Positions 1-8,792 of a DNA stretch of 64,000 nt are shown one piece after another. The stretch is from an uncultured Bacillales bacterium (GTDB taxonomy: Bacteria > Bacillota_I > Bacilli_A > RF39 > UBA660), in NCBI GenBank assembly GCA_947571655.1, contig CANOYR010000009.1:298-64297 (forward strand). The letters are read 5' to 3'. The notes below the pieces were generated by a model. It ran no database searches. It saw only the letters and a program-made list of their open reading frames with translations, and was not told the origin of the DNA. The first letter of the stretch is position 1. Every line of letters starts with the position of its first letter. The position numbers were made by a program, and so were the translations under genes.

Positions 1-775
1 AGATACCTCCAGAGTAACCGATATGAGCCATATGTTCCGAGAATGTTTAGTACTCAAAGGATTAGATTTAAGTACCTTTGATACTAGTAACGTAACGAGT
101 ATGAGTGCCATGTTCTATCATTGTGATAATATGGAAACATTAAATGTTTCTAGTTTTGATACGAGAAAAGTAACCGATATGGGATCGATGTTTAGTGTAT
201 GTAAAAGGCTTACTGCCTTAGATTTAAGTAATTTTTATACGCCAGTTTTAAAGACAACTGCCTATATGTTCTCGAATGATCAATTGTTATATAGTTTAAA
301 AATTGGAAATCTAGATACGTCGAATGTAACCAATATGACCGAAATGTTTAGTGCTTGTAAAGAACTGTTAGCTTTAGATATTAAAAACTTTAATACTGAG
401 AATGTAACAAGTATGCGTGGAATGTTCTATGATTGTAATCGATTAACAAAGTTAGATTTAAGTAGTTTTGATACCTCCTTAGTTATTGATATGAGTAAGA
501 TGTTTGAACATTGTTGGGTTTTAAATGATTTAAATATCAGTAGTTTTAATACATCGAGTGTAACAACGATGTTAGAAATGTTTTCAACTTGTATCCAACT
601 AAAAGAATTAGATTTAAGTCATTTTGATACTTCAAATGTAATGGATATGAGTTATATGTTTCATGGATGTAGAAACATGCGAAGTCTAAACTTAAGTAGC
701 TTTGATTGTTCAAAGGTAACCAACATGGAAAAAATGTTTAGCGAATGTTATGTAATGGTAGCGACACTCAATATG
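1..775 (+). repeat. 78-bp (26-codon) coding tandem periodicity of the DUF285-type repeats
   Basis: The units LDLSTFDTSNVTSMSAMF / LNVSSFDTRKVTDMGSMF / LDIKNFNTENVTSMRGMF and similar recur every 26 aa. They are diverged at the DNA level and are not a CRISPR-like array. Confidence 0.8.
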
Positions 776-943
776 AATTCAACAGTAATTAGTAACTTTA
801 AAGATATGTTTCAATCAGCTGCCGATAAAGAAAATGCACAAATCACGTTAAACTATACAGAAGCTACTTCTAGTATTGTAGATCAAATGATTGCCTCTAA
901 ACCAGCGAATTCTAATGTAGTCAAAGGAATCCAAATCGGTTAA
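1..943 (+). CDS. Surface protein, C-terminal part (5' end lies outside the window), built from DUF285 / bacterial-surface-protein 26-residue repeats (BspA-like LRR)
   Basis: The frame is open from nt 2 (DTSRVTDMSHMF...), so the ATG at 23 is internal. At least 9 tandem 26-aa units fit L-[DN]-[LIV]-S-x-F-D-T-S-x-V-T-x-M-x-x-M-F-x-x-C. The stop at 941-943 is followed by a hairpin terminator. Confidence 0.8.
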   Translation, partial: DTSRVTDMSHMFRECLVLKGLDLSTFDTSNVTSMSAMFYHCDNMETLNVSSFDTRKVTDMGSMFSVCKRLTALDLSNFYTPVLKTTAYMFSNDQLLYSLKIGNLDTSNVTNMTEMFSACKELLALDIKNFNTENVTSMRGMFYDCNRLTKLDLSSFDTSLVIDMSKMFEHCWVLNDLNISSFNTSSVTTMLEMFSTCIQLKELDLSHFDTSNVMDMSYMFHGCRNMRSLNLSSFDCSKVTNMEKMFSECYVMVATLNMNSTVISNFKDMFQSAADKENAQITLNYTEATSSIVDQMIASKPANSNVVKGIQIG

Positions 944-950
944 TCAAAAA

Positions 951-980
951 AAGCAAATATGAAATAATATTTGCTTTTTC
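951..980 (+). terminator. Intrinsic terminator
   Basis: The arms AAGCAAATAT (951-960) and ATATTTGCTT (967-976) flank a 6-nt loop and are followed by a T-run. Confidence 0.7.
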
Positions 981-1058
981 CTTGATTTATTAACTTAATT
1001 ATAATATGATAAACAAAAACCAAAATGCATTTATTTTTTTAGAAGGAGGCTTAGTGAT

Positions 1059-1649
1059 TTGAAAAAATTAGCAAAATTTATTGATATGAATGGACTGGAT
1101 TATCATGAAAAAATAATCACATATGAAGAATTAGAAGGTACTACAAAAATTCTAAACGTAAAAAATATTCAGTATTGTGCAGAACATATATCTACTACTT
1201 TATCAAAGGCCATGCAAAAAGAGATTGTTCATCAATTCCGACAAATATTTAAAGGGCAACCCTTTCATATAGAAAGAACAACTTTTGATTGTTCTAATGA
1301 TACTAAACAAATGATTATGATAGGGAATAATAGTTTGGTTCTTAAAAAGGGAAGCTTTTGCGATGATAAGATTATAGAAATGTATCAACGTTACTTTAGT
1401 TACTATCATAATCGATTATCAAGTCATGATATCGTAAAAGAAGCAATGTATGAACCATTATTAACAATGTATCAAAAAATGATGGAGGAAGATAAAAACC
1501 AAGAAAATTTAACAGATACTTACCACATGTCTTCACAAGATATCTATCTACAAATTCTATATACATTACAAGAATTAGCAGGAATTACTAATACAAAACA
1601 ATATCAAAAAGAATCAAAAGAAAAAGTTTTAATGAAGCGCTCTCAATAA
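1059..1649 (+). CDS. Hypothetical protein (196 aa)
   Basis: Long ORF in AT-rich DNA. The RBS GAAGGAGG (1042-1049) lies 9 nt before the TTG start. I recognise no motif. Confidence 0.6.
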   Translation: MKKLAKFIDMNGLDYHEKIITYEELEGTTKILNVKNIQYCAEHISTTLSKAMQKEIVHQFRQIFKGQPFHIERTTFDCSNDTKQMIMIGNNSLVLKKGSFCDDKIIEMYQRYFSYYHNRLSSHDIVKEAMYEPLLTMYQKMMEEDKNQENLTDTYHMSSQDIYLQILYTLQELAGITNTKQYQKESKEKVLMKRSQ

Positions 1650-1714
1650 ATTCTTCTTTTTTGCATAACTTTTCAAGTTTTTCATAGGATTTAATAGAAA
1701 AGAGGATGATTAGA

Positions 1715-2239
1715 GTGATTAATAAGCAAAGTTTGTGGTTTTTGACCTTGTTCAGTTTGATTTTAGTTTTGAGTGTTTACTATATTACAATGCCTAATGA
1801 ATTATTACTTACGAATAACGGAAAAACAGAAAAAACAAATTCAGAAGTGTCTTCTAATACCGAAGAAAAAGATACTAATGTAACAATTCAAGAAAGTGAG
1901 ACTTTAGTAACAATGCGTGTAATGCTAGAAGAAGAACGTGATAAAAAAGTAGAGGAACTAAAAACTACTTTAACAAGTGAAGCATCTACACCTACAGAAA
2001 AAAATGATGCTTATGAGCAAATGAAAGTAATCAATGAATTAAAAGCAAAAGAAACTACCATTGAGGAACAAATCAAAAATAATTTTTCCTTAGATAGTTT
2101 TGTAAAAATCGATGGAAATAATGTTAAAGTAGTTGTAGTAAAAAATGATCATGATAGTAATTTAGCTAATCAAATTATGAAAAAAGTACAAGAAAACTTT
2201 TCTGAAAAAGTTTTTGTAACTGTAAAATTTGAAAAATAA
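1715..2239 (+). CDS. spoIIIAH: SpoIIIAH-like stage III sporulation protein
   Basis: The N-terminus INKQSLWFLTLFSLILVLSVYYI parallels B. subtilis SpoIIIAH (MLKKQTVWLLTMLSLVVVLSVYYI, from memory). It has one N-terminal TM helix, an acidic linker and a C-terminal domain ending VTVKFEK. A GAGG RBS lies 9 nt before the GTG at 1715. The ORF opens at the ATG at 1706, which has no RBS spacing. Confidence 0.75.
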   Translation: MINKQSLWFLTLFSLILVLSVYYITMPNELLLTNNGKTEKTNSEVSSNTEEKDTNVTIQESETLVTMRVMLEEERDKKVEELKTTLTSEASTPTEKNDAYEQMKVINELKAKETTIEEQIKNNFSLDSFVKIDGNNVKVVVVKNDHDSNLANQIMKKVQENFSEKVFVTVKFEK

Positions 2240-2277
2240 AGATTAGGCGTTTTTACTATCTCTTTTTTCTATTTTCA

Positions 2278-2286
2278 CATAAAATA
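2278..2286 (+). promoter_or_regulatory. Mother-cell sigma (sigmaK/sigmaE)-like -10 element CATAAAATA upstream of gerE
   Basis: It matches the CATA-N3-TA pattern about 40 nt upstream of the gerE start. The only upstream AC dinucleotide is 21 nt away, not 16-17 nt, so this is weak. Confidence 0.25.
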
Positions 2287-2326
2287 CTATGGGTTATTAC
2301 AAATGGAAACAAAGAGGAGTGAAAAA

Positions 2327-2539
2327 GTGAGGAACAATCTTTTGACAAAAAGAGAATATGAAGTTTTCTCTTTATTAGTAATGAATAAAAGTACAAAAGA
2401 AATTGCAAAACAGTTCGGAATCAGTGATAAAACTGTACGGAATCATATCTCAAATGTAATTCAGAAACTTGGAGTGAATGATCGAGCAGGTGCAGTGATT
2501 GAATTGCTTCGTCTAAAAGTAATTTCTTTATCAGAATAA
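2327..2539 (+). CDS. gerE: GerE-type LuxR-family HTH transcription regulator
   Basis: LLTKREYEVFSLLVMNKSTKEIAKQFGISDKTVRNHISNVIQKLGVNDRAGAVIELLRL is near-colinear with B. subtilis GerE. It is about 70 aa and HTH only. An AGAGGAG RBS lies 8 nt before the GTG at 2327 (the ORF opens at the ATG at 2303). Confidence 0.8.
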   Translation: MRNNLLTKREYEVFSLLVMNKSTKEIAKQFGISDKTVRNHISNVIQKLGVNDRAGAVIELLRLKVISLSE

Positions 2540-2545
2540 AGAAAC

Positions 2546-2576
2546 AAGAATACAAAGAAATGTTATTCTTTTTCTT
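2546..2576 (+). terminator. Weak AT-rich intrinsic terminator
   Basis: AAGAATA (2546-2552) pairs with TATTCTT (2564-2570) across an 11-nt loop, followed by a T-rich tail. Confidence 0.4.
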
Positions 2577-2610
2577 TTTTTAATCTCATAAGATAGATTA
2601 GGTGAAGGAA

Positions 2611-3549
2611 ATGCTAAAAAGAAAGGCTTTAAGAAAAATTTTAATTACGACATTTGCCATTTTTACATTATTTGTTGTTTATTTGATTTCAGATACCCCA
2701 GCGCTTGAGGAACTTCAAATTGAACCTCAGGTAGAATATATGGCTTCTTTAGGAATGGATGAGGTATATTTATTAGGAAATAATGGTTATTTAGTAAAAA
2801 CGAACACTTTATTAGATGCAAGTGATATAAAAGGAAAAATTGAAATTTTAATCGATTATTTAACCATTCAAAAAAACAGAAAAATGCCTGTTGGATTATC
2901 TGGAGTTTTACCATCTGCTACTAAGGTTTACGGAATTACCGTTGAGAATGATATTGTAACATTAAATCTATCAAAAGAAGTATGGGAAGGGGACTCTAGT
3001 CTTCATGAAAGAATGATTGAATCACTTACCTATAGTATTACTTCTTTAGATGGAATTCATGGTTTAAAATTACAAGTAGAAGGAATTTTAGTAACTGAAA
3101 TCCCTTCCACCAAAAAAATGTTACCAGAAATTTTAACTAAGGATTATGGAATTAATAAAGTCTATGATATTGATTCCTCTAGTGGAATAAAAAAAGTAAC
3201 AACTTATTACTTGAACCAAATTAATGAGGAAACATACTATGTCCCTGTAACCAAATATATGAATGATTCTAGGGAAAAAATAGATATTATCGTAGAAAAC
3301 TTATCAAGTAATTTCCTTTATGAAAATAGTTTAATTTCCCTGTTACAGGCGGATGTAGAGTTAATGAACTATCAAATAGAAGATGAATTAATGCTATTAA
3401 ACTTTAATCACAATCTATTTGATAATGAGAAAATATTAGAAGAAGTTACTTATCAGGTTGCCTATTCTATTTTTGATAGTTATGATGTGCAAGTGGTATT
3501 ATTCGAAGTAGATGGAAATGAAATTACAAGAGTCGAGAAAACATATTAA
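2611..3549 (+). CDS. GerM-like (GerMN-domain) germination/sporulation membrane-anchored protein
   Basis: It has an N-terminal TM anchor. Two similar halves, each with an ...IVTLNLSKE... / ...LMLLNFNHN... type strand pattern, fit tandem GerMN domains. Neighbours are gerE and spoIIIAH. The start is ambiguous (GTG 2602 or ATG 2611). Confidence 0.5.
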   Translation: MLKRKALRKILITTFAIFTLFVVYLISDTPALEELQIEPQVEYMASLGMDEVYLLGNNGYLVKTNTLLDASDIKGKIEILIDYLTIQKNRKMPVGLSGVLPSATKVYGITVENDIVTLNLSKEVWEGDSSLHERMIESLTYSITSLDGIHGLKLQVEGILVTEIPSTKKMLPEILTKDYGINKVYDIDSSSGIKKVTTYYLNQINEETYYVPVTKYMNDSREKIDIIVENLSSNFLYENSLISLLQADVELMNYQIEDELMLLNFNHNLFDNEKILEEVTYQVAYSIFDSYDVQVVLFEVDGNEITRVEKTY

Positions 3550-3573
3550 ATAACGACAAAAAAGTATAAAAAA

Positions 3574-3606
3574 AGAACAAATTCTTTTGACATTTGTTCT
3601 TTTTTG
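3574..3606 (+). terminator. Intrinsic terminator
   Basis: AGAACAAAT (3574-3582) pairs with ATTTGTTCT (3592-3600) and is followed by TTTTT. Confidence 0.75.
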
Positions 3607-3664
3607 TGATATAATTTTAGCCGTGTGTGTGAAAGTCTTCAAAAAAAAGACTGAATTATTAAAG

Positions 3665-3741
<77 letters not shown>

Positions 3742-3767
3742 AGTTCCTGTTCTTTAAGAACAATTTC

Positions 3768-3797
3768 ATTATACAAAAGGAATTTCATCTTTGTCAA
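3768..3797 (-). promoter_or_regulatory. Near-consensus sigmaA promoter for tRNA-Arg
   Basis: On the minus strand, TTGACA (3797-3792), an 18-nt spacer and TATAAT (3773-3768) lie about 25 nt upstream of the mature tRNA 5' end. Confidence 0.6.
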
Positions 3798-3870
3798 GGA
3801 TTATTTTCTAATATAAACACATGATAAATTCCCTATCGTTTTAATATCTAGTAGAAAAGGAGTAAGAATT

Positions 3871-5151
3871 ATGGCAACAAATAAAAAACAATCAAGTGTA
3901 AAATTTAGACTTTTTGAAAAAAATGGAATGATTATGATTACGCTTCAAACAATTTATAAAACAAAAGAAGAATCAGAGTTTAATCAAACGGAGCTTATAG
4001 AGTATTATGTAGCAACTGCTCCAGGAAATATAGAAAAGATTTTAGAAACTTTAGTAAGTACTATAAATCATATTTCTATTGAGGGAAATCATCTTGTTAC
4101 AAATTATCGTAAAAAAGATACCTTTATTATAGAAAATTATAATCAATTAAAAAATCATCCTAGCTTACAACCCTTTTTTAAAAAGATTCATAGAAAACTA
4201 ATCCAAGAAGAAAAGAAAGGTGAGGGAAGCAAACAGTCTTGTAGAAATGCGAAAAAAGTACTAGGAATGGCCGCTTTGATGGCTGGAGTTTCTGTAGCTG
4301 GAGTTTCATCTTCTACTATGGCAATGGTAGAAGAAATTCCTTATAATAGCTATATAGACGAAAATTCAAATACAGATTTTGAACTTGAGGGTTTTATGGA
4401 GAAAAAGGCAAGTGATAGTAATCGTGAATATAGAAGAATGATAATAGAGCAAGAAATGCAAAAAGACCAGAATCAAAAAGAAGAAAATAAAAATCAAAGT
4501 CAAAATTTAAAAGAAAGTAAAATAAAAGAAATAGTAATAGAAAAAGAACAATTACCAGATAAAAGTAAATCAAATCAACAAGGGAAAGAAAAAATTCAAA
4601 ACTCAAAGAAATCACAAGAAAATCAGCAAGAAGAAGATTTCCTGATAGATTCAGAAATAGAAGCTTTAGCTAGAGAGTTGATAAATCAGGAAGCAACCGA
4701 AGAGGAAATTTTAGCCGCTGCTATCAATGTCTTAGGAGATGATGTCGCTATTACAGAAAGTTCACCATCAGAAAAAGTTAATTACATTGACCAATATCAT
4801 TTAACAGAAAAAGAAGTAGATACTATCAAAGCAACAGTTCAGCACGAAGCTGGATTTAATCCAGAAGAAGTCTATGCAGTAGCATCTACAGTAATTAATC
4901 GAAGTGAATCTGGAGGGTGGTATGCAGATGGAAATCCATACAAAGTAATTACTGCTCCAGGTCAATTTCAGTCATACTATGCTGGTTATTATAAAAAGTA
5001 TGAAAATGGAAATTATGCAGAATATACAGATGAAATTGTAGATGCCATGTTAACTGGAGAGTTACAACCACTCCATAATTTTGAAAGTTTTCGCTCGGGT
5101 TCAAGTCCAAAAGGCGTACAATTTACTCCAAATGGAAATAAATATCGATAA
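3871..5151 (+). CDS. Membrane-anchored protein with a C-terminal SleB-type cell-wall hydrolase (Hydrolase_2) domain
   Basis: The C-terminus KATVQHEAGFNPEEVYAVASTVINRSESGG...VITAPGQFQS fits the SleB/CwlJ hydrolase motif (E-A-x-G..., V-I-x-N-R, P-x-Q-F). A central TM helix (VLGMAALMAGVSVAGV) separates a ~130-aa N-domain from a Q/E/K-rich linker. Confidence 0.65.
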   Translation: MATNKKQSSVKFRLFEKNGMIMITLQTIYKTKEESEFNQTELIEYYVATAPGNIEKILETLVSTINHISIEGNHLVTNYRKKDTFIIENYNQLKNHPSLQPFFKKIHRKLIQEEKKGEGSKQSCRNAKKVLGMAALMAGVSVAGVSSSTMAMVEEIPYNSYIDENSNTDFELEGFMEKKASDSNREYRRMIIEQEMQKDQNQKEENKNQSQNLKESKIKEIVIEKEQLPDKSKSNQQGKEKIQNSKKSQENQQEEDFLIDSEIEALARELINQEATEEEILAAAINVLGDDVAITESSPSEKVNYIDQYHLTEKEVDTIKATVQHEAGFNPEEVYAVASTVINRSESGGWYADGNPYKVITAPGQFQSYYAGYYKKYENGNYAEYTDEIVDAMLTGELQPLHNFESFRSGSSPKGVQFTPNGNKYR

Positions 5152-5301
5152 AAATATTAACATTTATAAAATTAAGGGCAAAAAGCTCTTTTTTTGTTGA
5201 AAAATTATGATAAATCAGAAAATTGAATTTATTTTTCCTAATGTTAAATTTATAAAACTGATAATATGAAAATAAACCCAATTTTACTAGTTTACTGTAA
5301 T

Positions 5302-5328
5302 AAAAAAACCACTAGTTTTACTAGTGGT
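5302..5328 (-). terminator. Intrinsic terminator of sspI
   Basis: The hairpin ACCACTAG...CTAGTGGT (5309-5328) lies directly after the stop, with a minus-strand T-run at 5302-5308. Confidence 0.75.
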
Positions 5329-5330
5329 AC

Positions 5331-5543
5331 TTATTTTACATTTACAGCCTCTTCCAAATCAGAAAGGATTTTATCCTTCATTTCCTCTGATGCTTTTTTC
5401 CAAACTAATTCAAAAAATACTCCCATTCCTGGTAATGTAATTTCATCATTATTTTGAATACTCTCTTCAATTGCGTTTTTTAACGTTTCCTTGTTATCAC
5501 CTTTAAAATTATTAATGATATGACTTCTGATATCTAAATTCAT
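5331..5543 (-). CDS. sspI: Small acid-soluble spore protein SspI
   Basis: The 70-aa protein MNLDIRSHIINNFKGDNKETLKNAIEESIQNNDEITLPGMGVFFELVWKKASEEMKDKIL matches the SspI pattern as I remember it (...LPGLGVLFE..W..AS...K...). Confidence 0.8.
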   Translation of the reverse strand: MNLDIRSHIINNFKGDNKETLKNAIEESIQNNDEITLPGMGVFFELVWKKASEEMKDKILSDLEEAVNVK

Positions 5544-5632
5544 AAACTCATTCCTTTCATTACTATTTTGGATAAAAAAATTTTATTTTATACAAATTTA
5601 TGATAAAATAAAAAAGAATTTGTGGTGATAGA

Positions 5633-6271
5633 ATGCAAATAGAAATCAAAGATTGTATAGTTGATGTAGTAATTACCAAAAAAATGGGAACAAAAAATAC
5701 CTATTTTCGAGTAAAAAACGATTTAAAACTTTATGTATCTACAAATAGCTTCCTGTCGGATCGACAAATAAAGAAAATGATAATAGAAAATGAAGATTCT
5801 ATTTATAACATGATAGTAAAACAAAAGAAACGAGCAGAGAATAATACAGGTTTTTATTACTTAGGAAAGCAATATGATATTGTTTTTGTAACTGGAAAAG
5901 AAATTACTTTAGGAGAGAATAAAGTATTTATTGGACGAGAAGCAAATCTCGAAAAATGGTATCAAAAAAAAGCAAAAGTATTATTTCAAGAGCGTTTAGA
6001 TTATTGGTACTCCATCTTTACAAAAAAAATTCCATATCCTAGTTTAACAATTCGAAAAATGACAAGTCGCTGGGGTGTATGTAATTCAAAATTAAAAAGG
6101 GTAACCTTAAACTTAGAACTTATCAAAAGAGATATTTGTTGTCTTGATTATGTGATTGTGCACGAACTTAGCCATTTTAAAGAGATGAATCATTCTGATA
6201 AATTCTGGAAAGTAGTAGAAGAAAATTATCCAAATTATAAAAAAATACGTAAGATTATGAAAGATTATTAA
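5633..6271 (+). CDS. YgjP-like (DUF45/M48-related) zinc metallohydrolase
   Basis: It carries the C-terminal motif VIVHELSHFKEMNHSDKFWKVVE (HExxH plus NHS..FW), typical of the YgjP/DUF45 family. Confidence 0.75.
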   Translation: MQIEIKDCIVDVVITKKMGTKNTYFRVKNDLKLYVSTNSFLSDRQIKKMIIENEDSIYNMIVKQKKRAENNTGFYYLGKQYDIVFVTGKEITLGENKVFIGREANLEKWYQKKAKVLFQERLDYWYSIFTKKIPYPSLTIRKMTSRWGVCNSKLKRVTLNLELIKRDICCLDYVIVHELSHFKEMNHSDKFWKVVEENYPNYKKIRKIMKDY

Positions 6272-6285
6272 TAGGAGGAAAGTTA

Positions 6286-6906
6286 ATGAAAAATAATGAA
6301 TGTGATTTTGAAAAAGAAATCGAAGTTTTATTTCCAACTTCTAAGAAAGAAAAAAAATTTGGTGTCTTACTTTATGGAGATAGCGAAAACGCAATCTATA
6401 ACAGTGATTACTGTCATTTTACTGTTTCTCTCCCTCCTAAAAATGTAAAAAATCTAAGTATATTTTCTTTTTGTTTAGGATATGTGATTGATAGAAACCA
6501 GCTTTTTCATTCTTTTAATGAATATCAAGGAAATTTTAAAATATCCATAGAAGATGAAAAATTTTATTTAATTAATAGCGATTTAAAAATTTCGACATTT
6601 GATCATATATTACCTGGAAATGGAATTGGTTCTATTTATAAAGATAAGAATTGTATTCAAGTTTTTTATAAAGAAAACTTCTCTGATCAATTATTTTCTC
6701 TTTGGGATTATAAATTTCAAATGGAATATTTATCTCACGAATCTTTACTTCATGTTTATGACCAAAGAAAAAGAAAACGATTAGAAACTTTTTTGTTAGA
6801 AGGAAGAAAAGATTTAAATGATGTAGCATTTTGTAATTTAGAAAATAAAAGTTTAAAAAAAATATTTGGAGATAATAGAAATGACGATAACGAGCTTAGA
6901 AAATGA
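6286..6906 (+). CDS. Hypothetical protein (206 aa)
   Basis: Long ORF with an AGGAGG RBS upstream. I recognise no motif. Its 3' end overlaps the next gene. Confidence 0.55.
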   Translation: MKNNECDFEKEIEVLFPTSKKEKKFGVLLYGDSENAIYNSDYCHFTVSLPPKNVKNLSIFSFCLGYVIDRNQLFHSFNEYQGNFKISIEDEKFYLINSDLKISTFDHILPGNGIGSIYKDKNCIQVFYKENFSDQLFSLWDYKFQMEYLSHESLLHVYDQRKRKRLETFLLEGRKDLNDVAFCNLENKSLKKIFGDNRNDDNELRK

Positions 6907-7618
6907 TAAAGTAAAAAAATGTGTCCGTTTAAAAACTAAAAAATATCGTGATTTAGAAGGATTGTTTTTAGTAGAAGGATTTCATTTAGTAGAAGAAGCT
7001 TATAAAGCAAATTTAATTGATGAAATTATTTTGATAGAAGGGGAAACTTGCTCTTATCATTTTGCTACCTTCTATGTAACAAAAGATGTCATGAAGAAAC
7101 TTACAATGATGGAGACGCCTTCTGCGATTATGGCAATTTGTCATAAGAGGAAGATGAGTCCTGATTTAGGAAATCATCTACTACTTTTAGATGAAATTCA
7201 GGATCCTGGAAATTTAGGAACAATGATTAGAAGTAGTAAAGCTTTTGGTATCGACTCCCTTGTTTTAGGAGAAGGATGTGTTGACTTATACAATCCAAAA
7301 GTCTTACGCTCTACTCAAGGAATGGCCTTTCATATGAATATTATTACGAGAGATTTAAAAGAATTAATCAAAGAATTAAAACAAAAAGGAATTCCTATTT
7401 ACGGTACACATGTAGATAAAGGTGTAAATGCTTATCAACTAAAAAAAGAAGAAAAAGAAAATTATGCACTTATTATGGGAAACGAAGGAAATGGAGTTCA
7501 TGAGGAATTACTAGCACTATGTGATCAATACATTACAATTCCAATTCATCAGGAAGTAGAAAGTTTAAATGTTAGTGTGGCAGCTAGTATTTTACTTTAT
7601 GAACTAAATCGGAGGTAA
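6881..7618 (+). CDS. TrmH/SpoU-family RNA 2'-O-methyltransferase
   Basis: LDEIQDPGNLGTMIRSSKAFG, ALIMGNEGNGV and IPIHQEVESLNVSVAASILLYE are the three SpoU motifs. The ORF opens at 6866, and I prefer the ATG at 6881 (MTITSLEN...). Confidence 0.85.
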   Translation: MTITSLENDKVKKCVRLKTKKYRDLEGLFLVEGFHLVEEAYKANLIDEIILIEGETCSYHFATFYVTKDVMKKLTMMETPSAIMAICHKRKMSPDLGNHLLLLDEIQDPGNLGTMIRSSKAFGIDSLVLGEGCVDLYNPKVLRSTQGMAFHMNIITRDLKELIKELKQKGIPIYGTHVDKGVNAYQLKKEEKENYALIMGNEGNGVHEELLALCDQYITIPIHQEVESLNVSVAASILLYELNRR

Positions 7619-7619
7619 T

Positions 7620-8120
7620 ATGGAAGATTTTATTTATATTGGAAAAATTGTAAATACTCATGGTATTCATGGAGAAGTTCGTCTTCTATCTGACTTTGAT
7701 CGAAAAGATAAAGTGTTTCTTCCTAAAATGACTCTTTATATCGGAAGAAAAAAAGAACCAGTAGTAATTACGAACTACCGAAAACATAAAAATTTTGATA
7801 TGATTTGTTTAGAAGGTTATCATGATATTAATCAAGTGCTTCGCTTTAAAGGACTGAATGCTTATGTTCAGAAAGAGGATTTAAATCTAGGAGAAGAAGA
7901 ACTTTTAGAAAGAGATTATATTGGGATGGAAGCTTTTTTTGAAAATAATTGCTTTGGAAAAATTATCAGTATCGAAAACTATGGATTAGGCAATAAAATA
8001 TTTGTAATAGATTATAGAAAAAAGAGAATTTTAATTCCTTTTCAAAAAGTATTTATCAAAAAAATTTCCAAAAAAGAATCTAGAGTTTATTTTCAAGAAG
8101 TGGAGGGATTAATTTCATGA
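7620..8120 (+). CDS. rimM: 16S rRNA processing protein RimM
   Basis: It has the N-terminal [15 protein letters not shown] motif and a PRC-barrel-like C-terminus ([13 protein letters not shown]). It lies directly upstream of trmD and overlaps it by ATGA. Confidence 0.9.
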   Translation: MEDFIYIGKIVNTHGIHGEVRLLSDFDRKDKVFLPKMTLYIGRKKEPVVITNYRKHKNFDMICLEGYHDINQVLRFKGLNAYVQKEDLNLGEEELLERDYIGMEAFFENNCFGKIISIENYGLGNKIFVIDYRKKRILIPFQKVFIKKISKKESRVYFQEVEGLIS

Positions 8121-8782
8121 AAATCGATATCCTAACACTATTTCCTAACATGTTTTCTAAAATACTTGAAGAATCTATTTTAAAAAGAGCACAAGAAAAG
8201 GAAGCTGTAACAATTCGAGTGATTAATTTTAGAGAGTATTCCAACGATCCTCATCAAAAAGTAGATGATACTCCTTATGGAGGGGGACCAGGAATGGTTC
8301 TTAGCTGTCAACCAATCTTTGACTGTATCGAAAGCATCCGTACGAAGGATAGTAAAGTAATTATGTTGACACCAGATGGAACTACTTACAGGCAATCGAT
8401 AGCCTATTCTTTAGCAAAGGAAAAACACTTAATTCTTCTTTGTGGACACTACGAAGGATTTGATGAAAGAATCAGAAGTCTTTGTGATTTAGAAATTTCG
8501 ATTGGCGATTATGTCTTAACTGGTGGAGAAATTCCTGCGATGGTTCTAGCTGATTCTATCGTCCGATTACTCCCTGGAGTAATTGAAGAAGAAAGTCATA
8601 AGGAAGACAGTTTTAATAACCAACGCTTAGATTATCCCTCTTACACAAAACCATTTATTTTTCGAGGAATGAAAGTACCAGAAGTTCTTCTTTCAGGAAA
8701 TCATAAAAAAATAGATGAATTTCGTCGTCAAATGAGTTATAATAAAACTAAAGAACGAAGACCTGACTTATTAGAAAAATGA
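8117..8782 (+). CDS. trmD: tRNA (guanine37-N1)-methyltransferase TrmD
   Basis: [40 protein letters not shown] and [14 protein letters not shown] are canonical TrmD motifs. Confidence 0.95.
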   Translation: MKIDILTLFPNMFSKILEESILKRAQEKEAVTIRVINFREYSNDPHQKVDDTPYGGGPGMVLSCQPIFDCIESIRTKDSKVIMLTPDGTTYRQSIAYSLAKEKHLILLCGHYEGFDERIRSLCDLEISIGDYVLTGGEIPAMVLADSIVRLLPGVIEEESHKEDSFNNQRLDYPSYTKPFIFRGMKVPEVLLSGNHKKIDEFRRQMSYNKTKERRPDLLEK

Positions 8783-8792
8783 GGGATGTACT

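Noticed and set aside
1-775. Regular ~78-bp periodicity as a possible CRISPR array or satellite
   Set aside because: The periodicity is at the protein level, within one continuous ORF. The DNA copies are diverged, and there are no identical direct repeats separated by unique spacers.
1203-1409. Short antisense or alternate-frame ORFs from the track that lie inside longer genes. Examples: 1203-1409, 2663-2914, 4394-4615, 6113-6337, 6599-6829, 8180-8395, 9838-10222, 10528-10779, 12003-12245, 14134-14724, 16661-16861, 17752-19063, 24047-24286, 25404-25607, 27218-27403, 29512-29700, 31602-31808, 32478-32756, 33993-34241, 35348-35620, 36784-37089, 37270-37464, 38303-38491, 39915-40115, 41062-41409, 42434-42667, 46172-46424, 52046-52339, 52821-53009, 54774-54968, 55466-55667, 62745-62975, 63379-63591.
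   Set aside because: Each lies fully within a longer ORF that has clear family motifs or better coding character. Their translations are low-complexity (F/L/I/K-rich), as expected from reading AT-rich coding DNA out of frame. None has a convincing RBS.
2255-2286. A full sigmaK promoter upstream of gerE
   Set aside because: Only the -10-like CATAAAATA fits. The nearest upstream AC is 21 nt away rather than 16-17 nt, so I list only a low-confidence -10 element.
5266-5457. 63-aa + strand ORF overlapping sspI
   Set aside because: It is antisense to a well-supported SspI gene, and its 5' part runs through the sspI terminator hairpin. It has no RBS.
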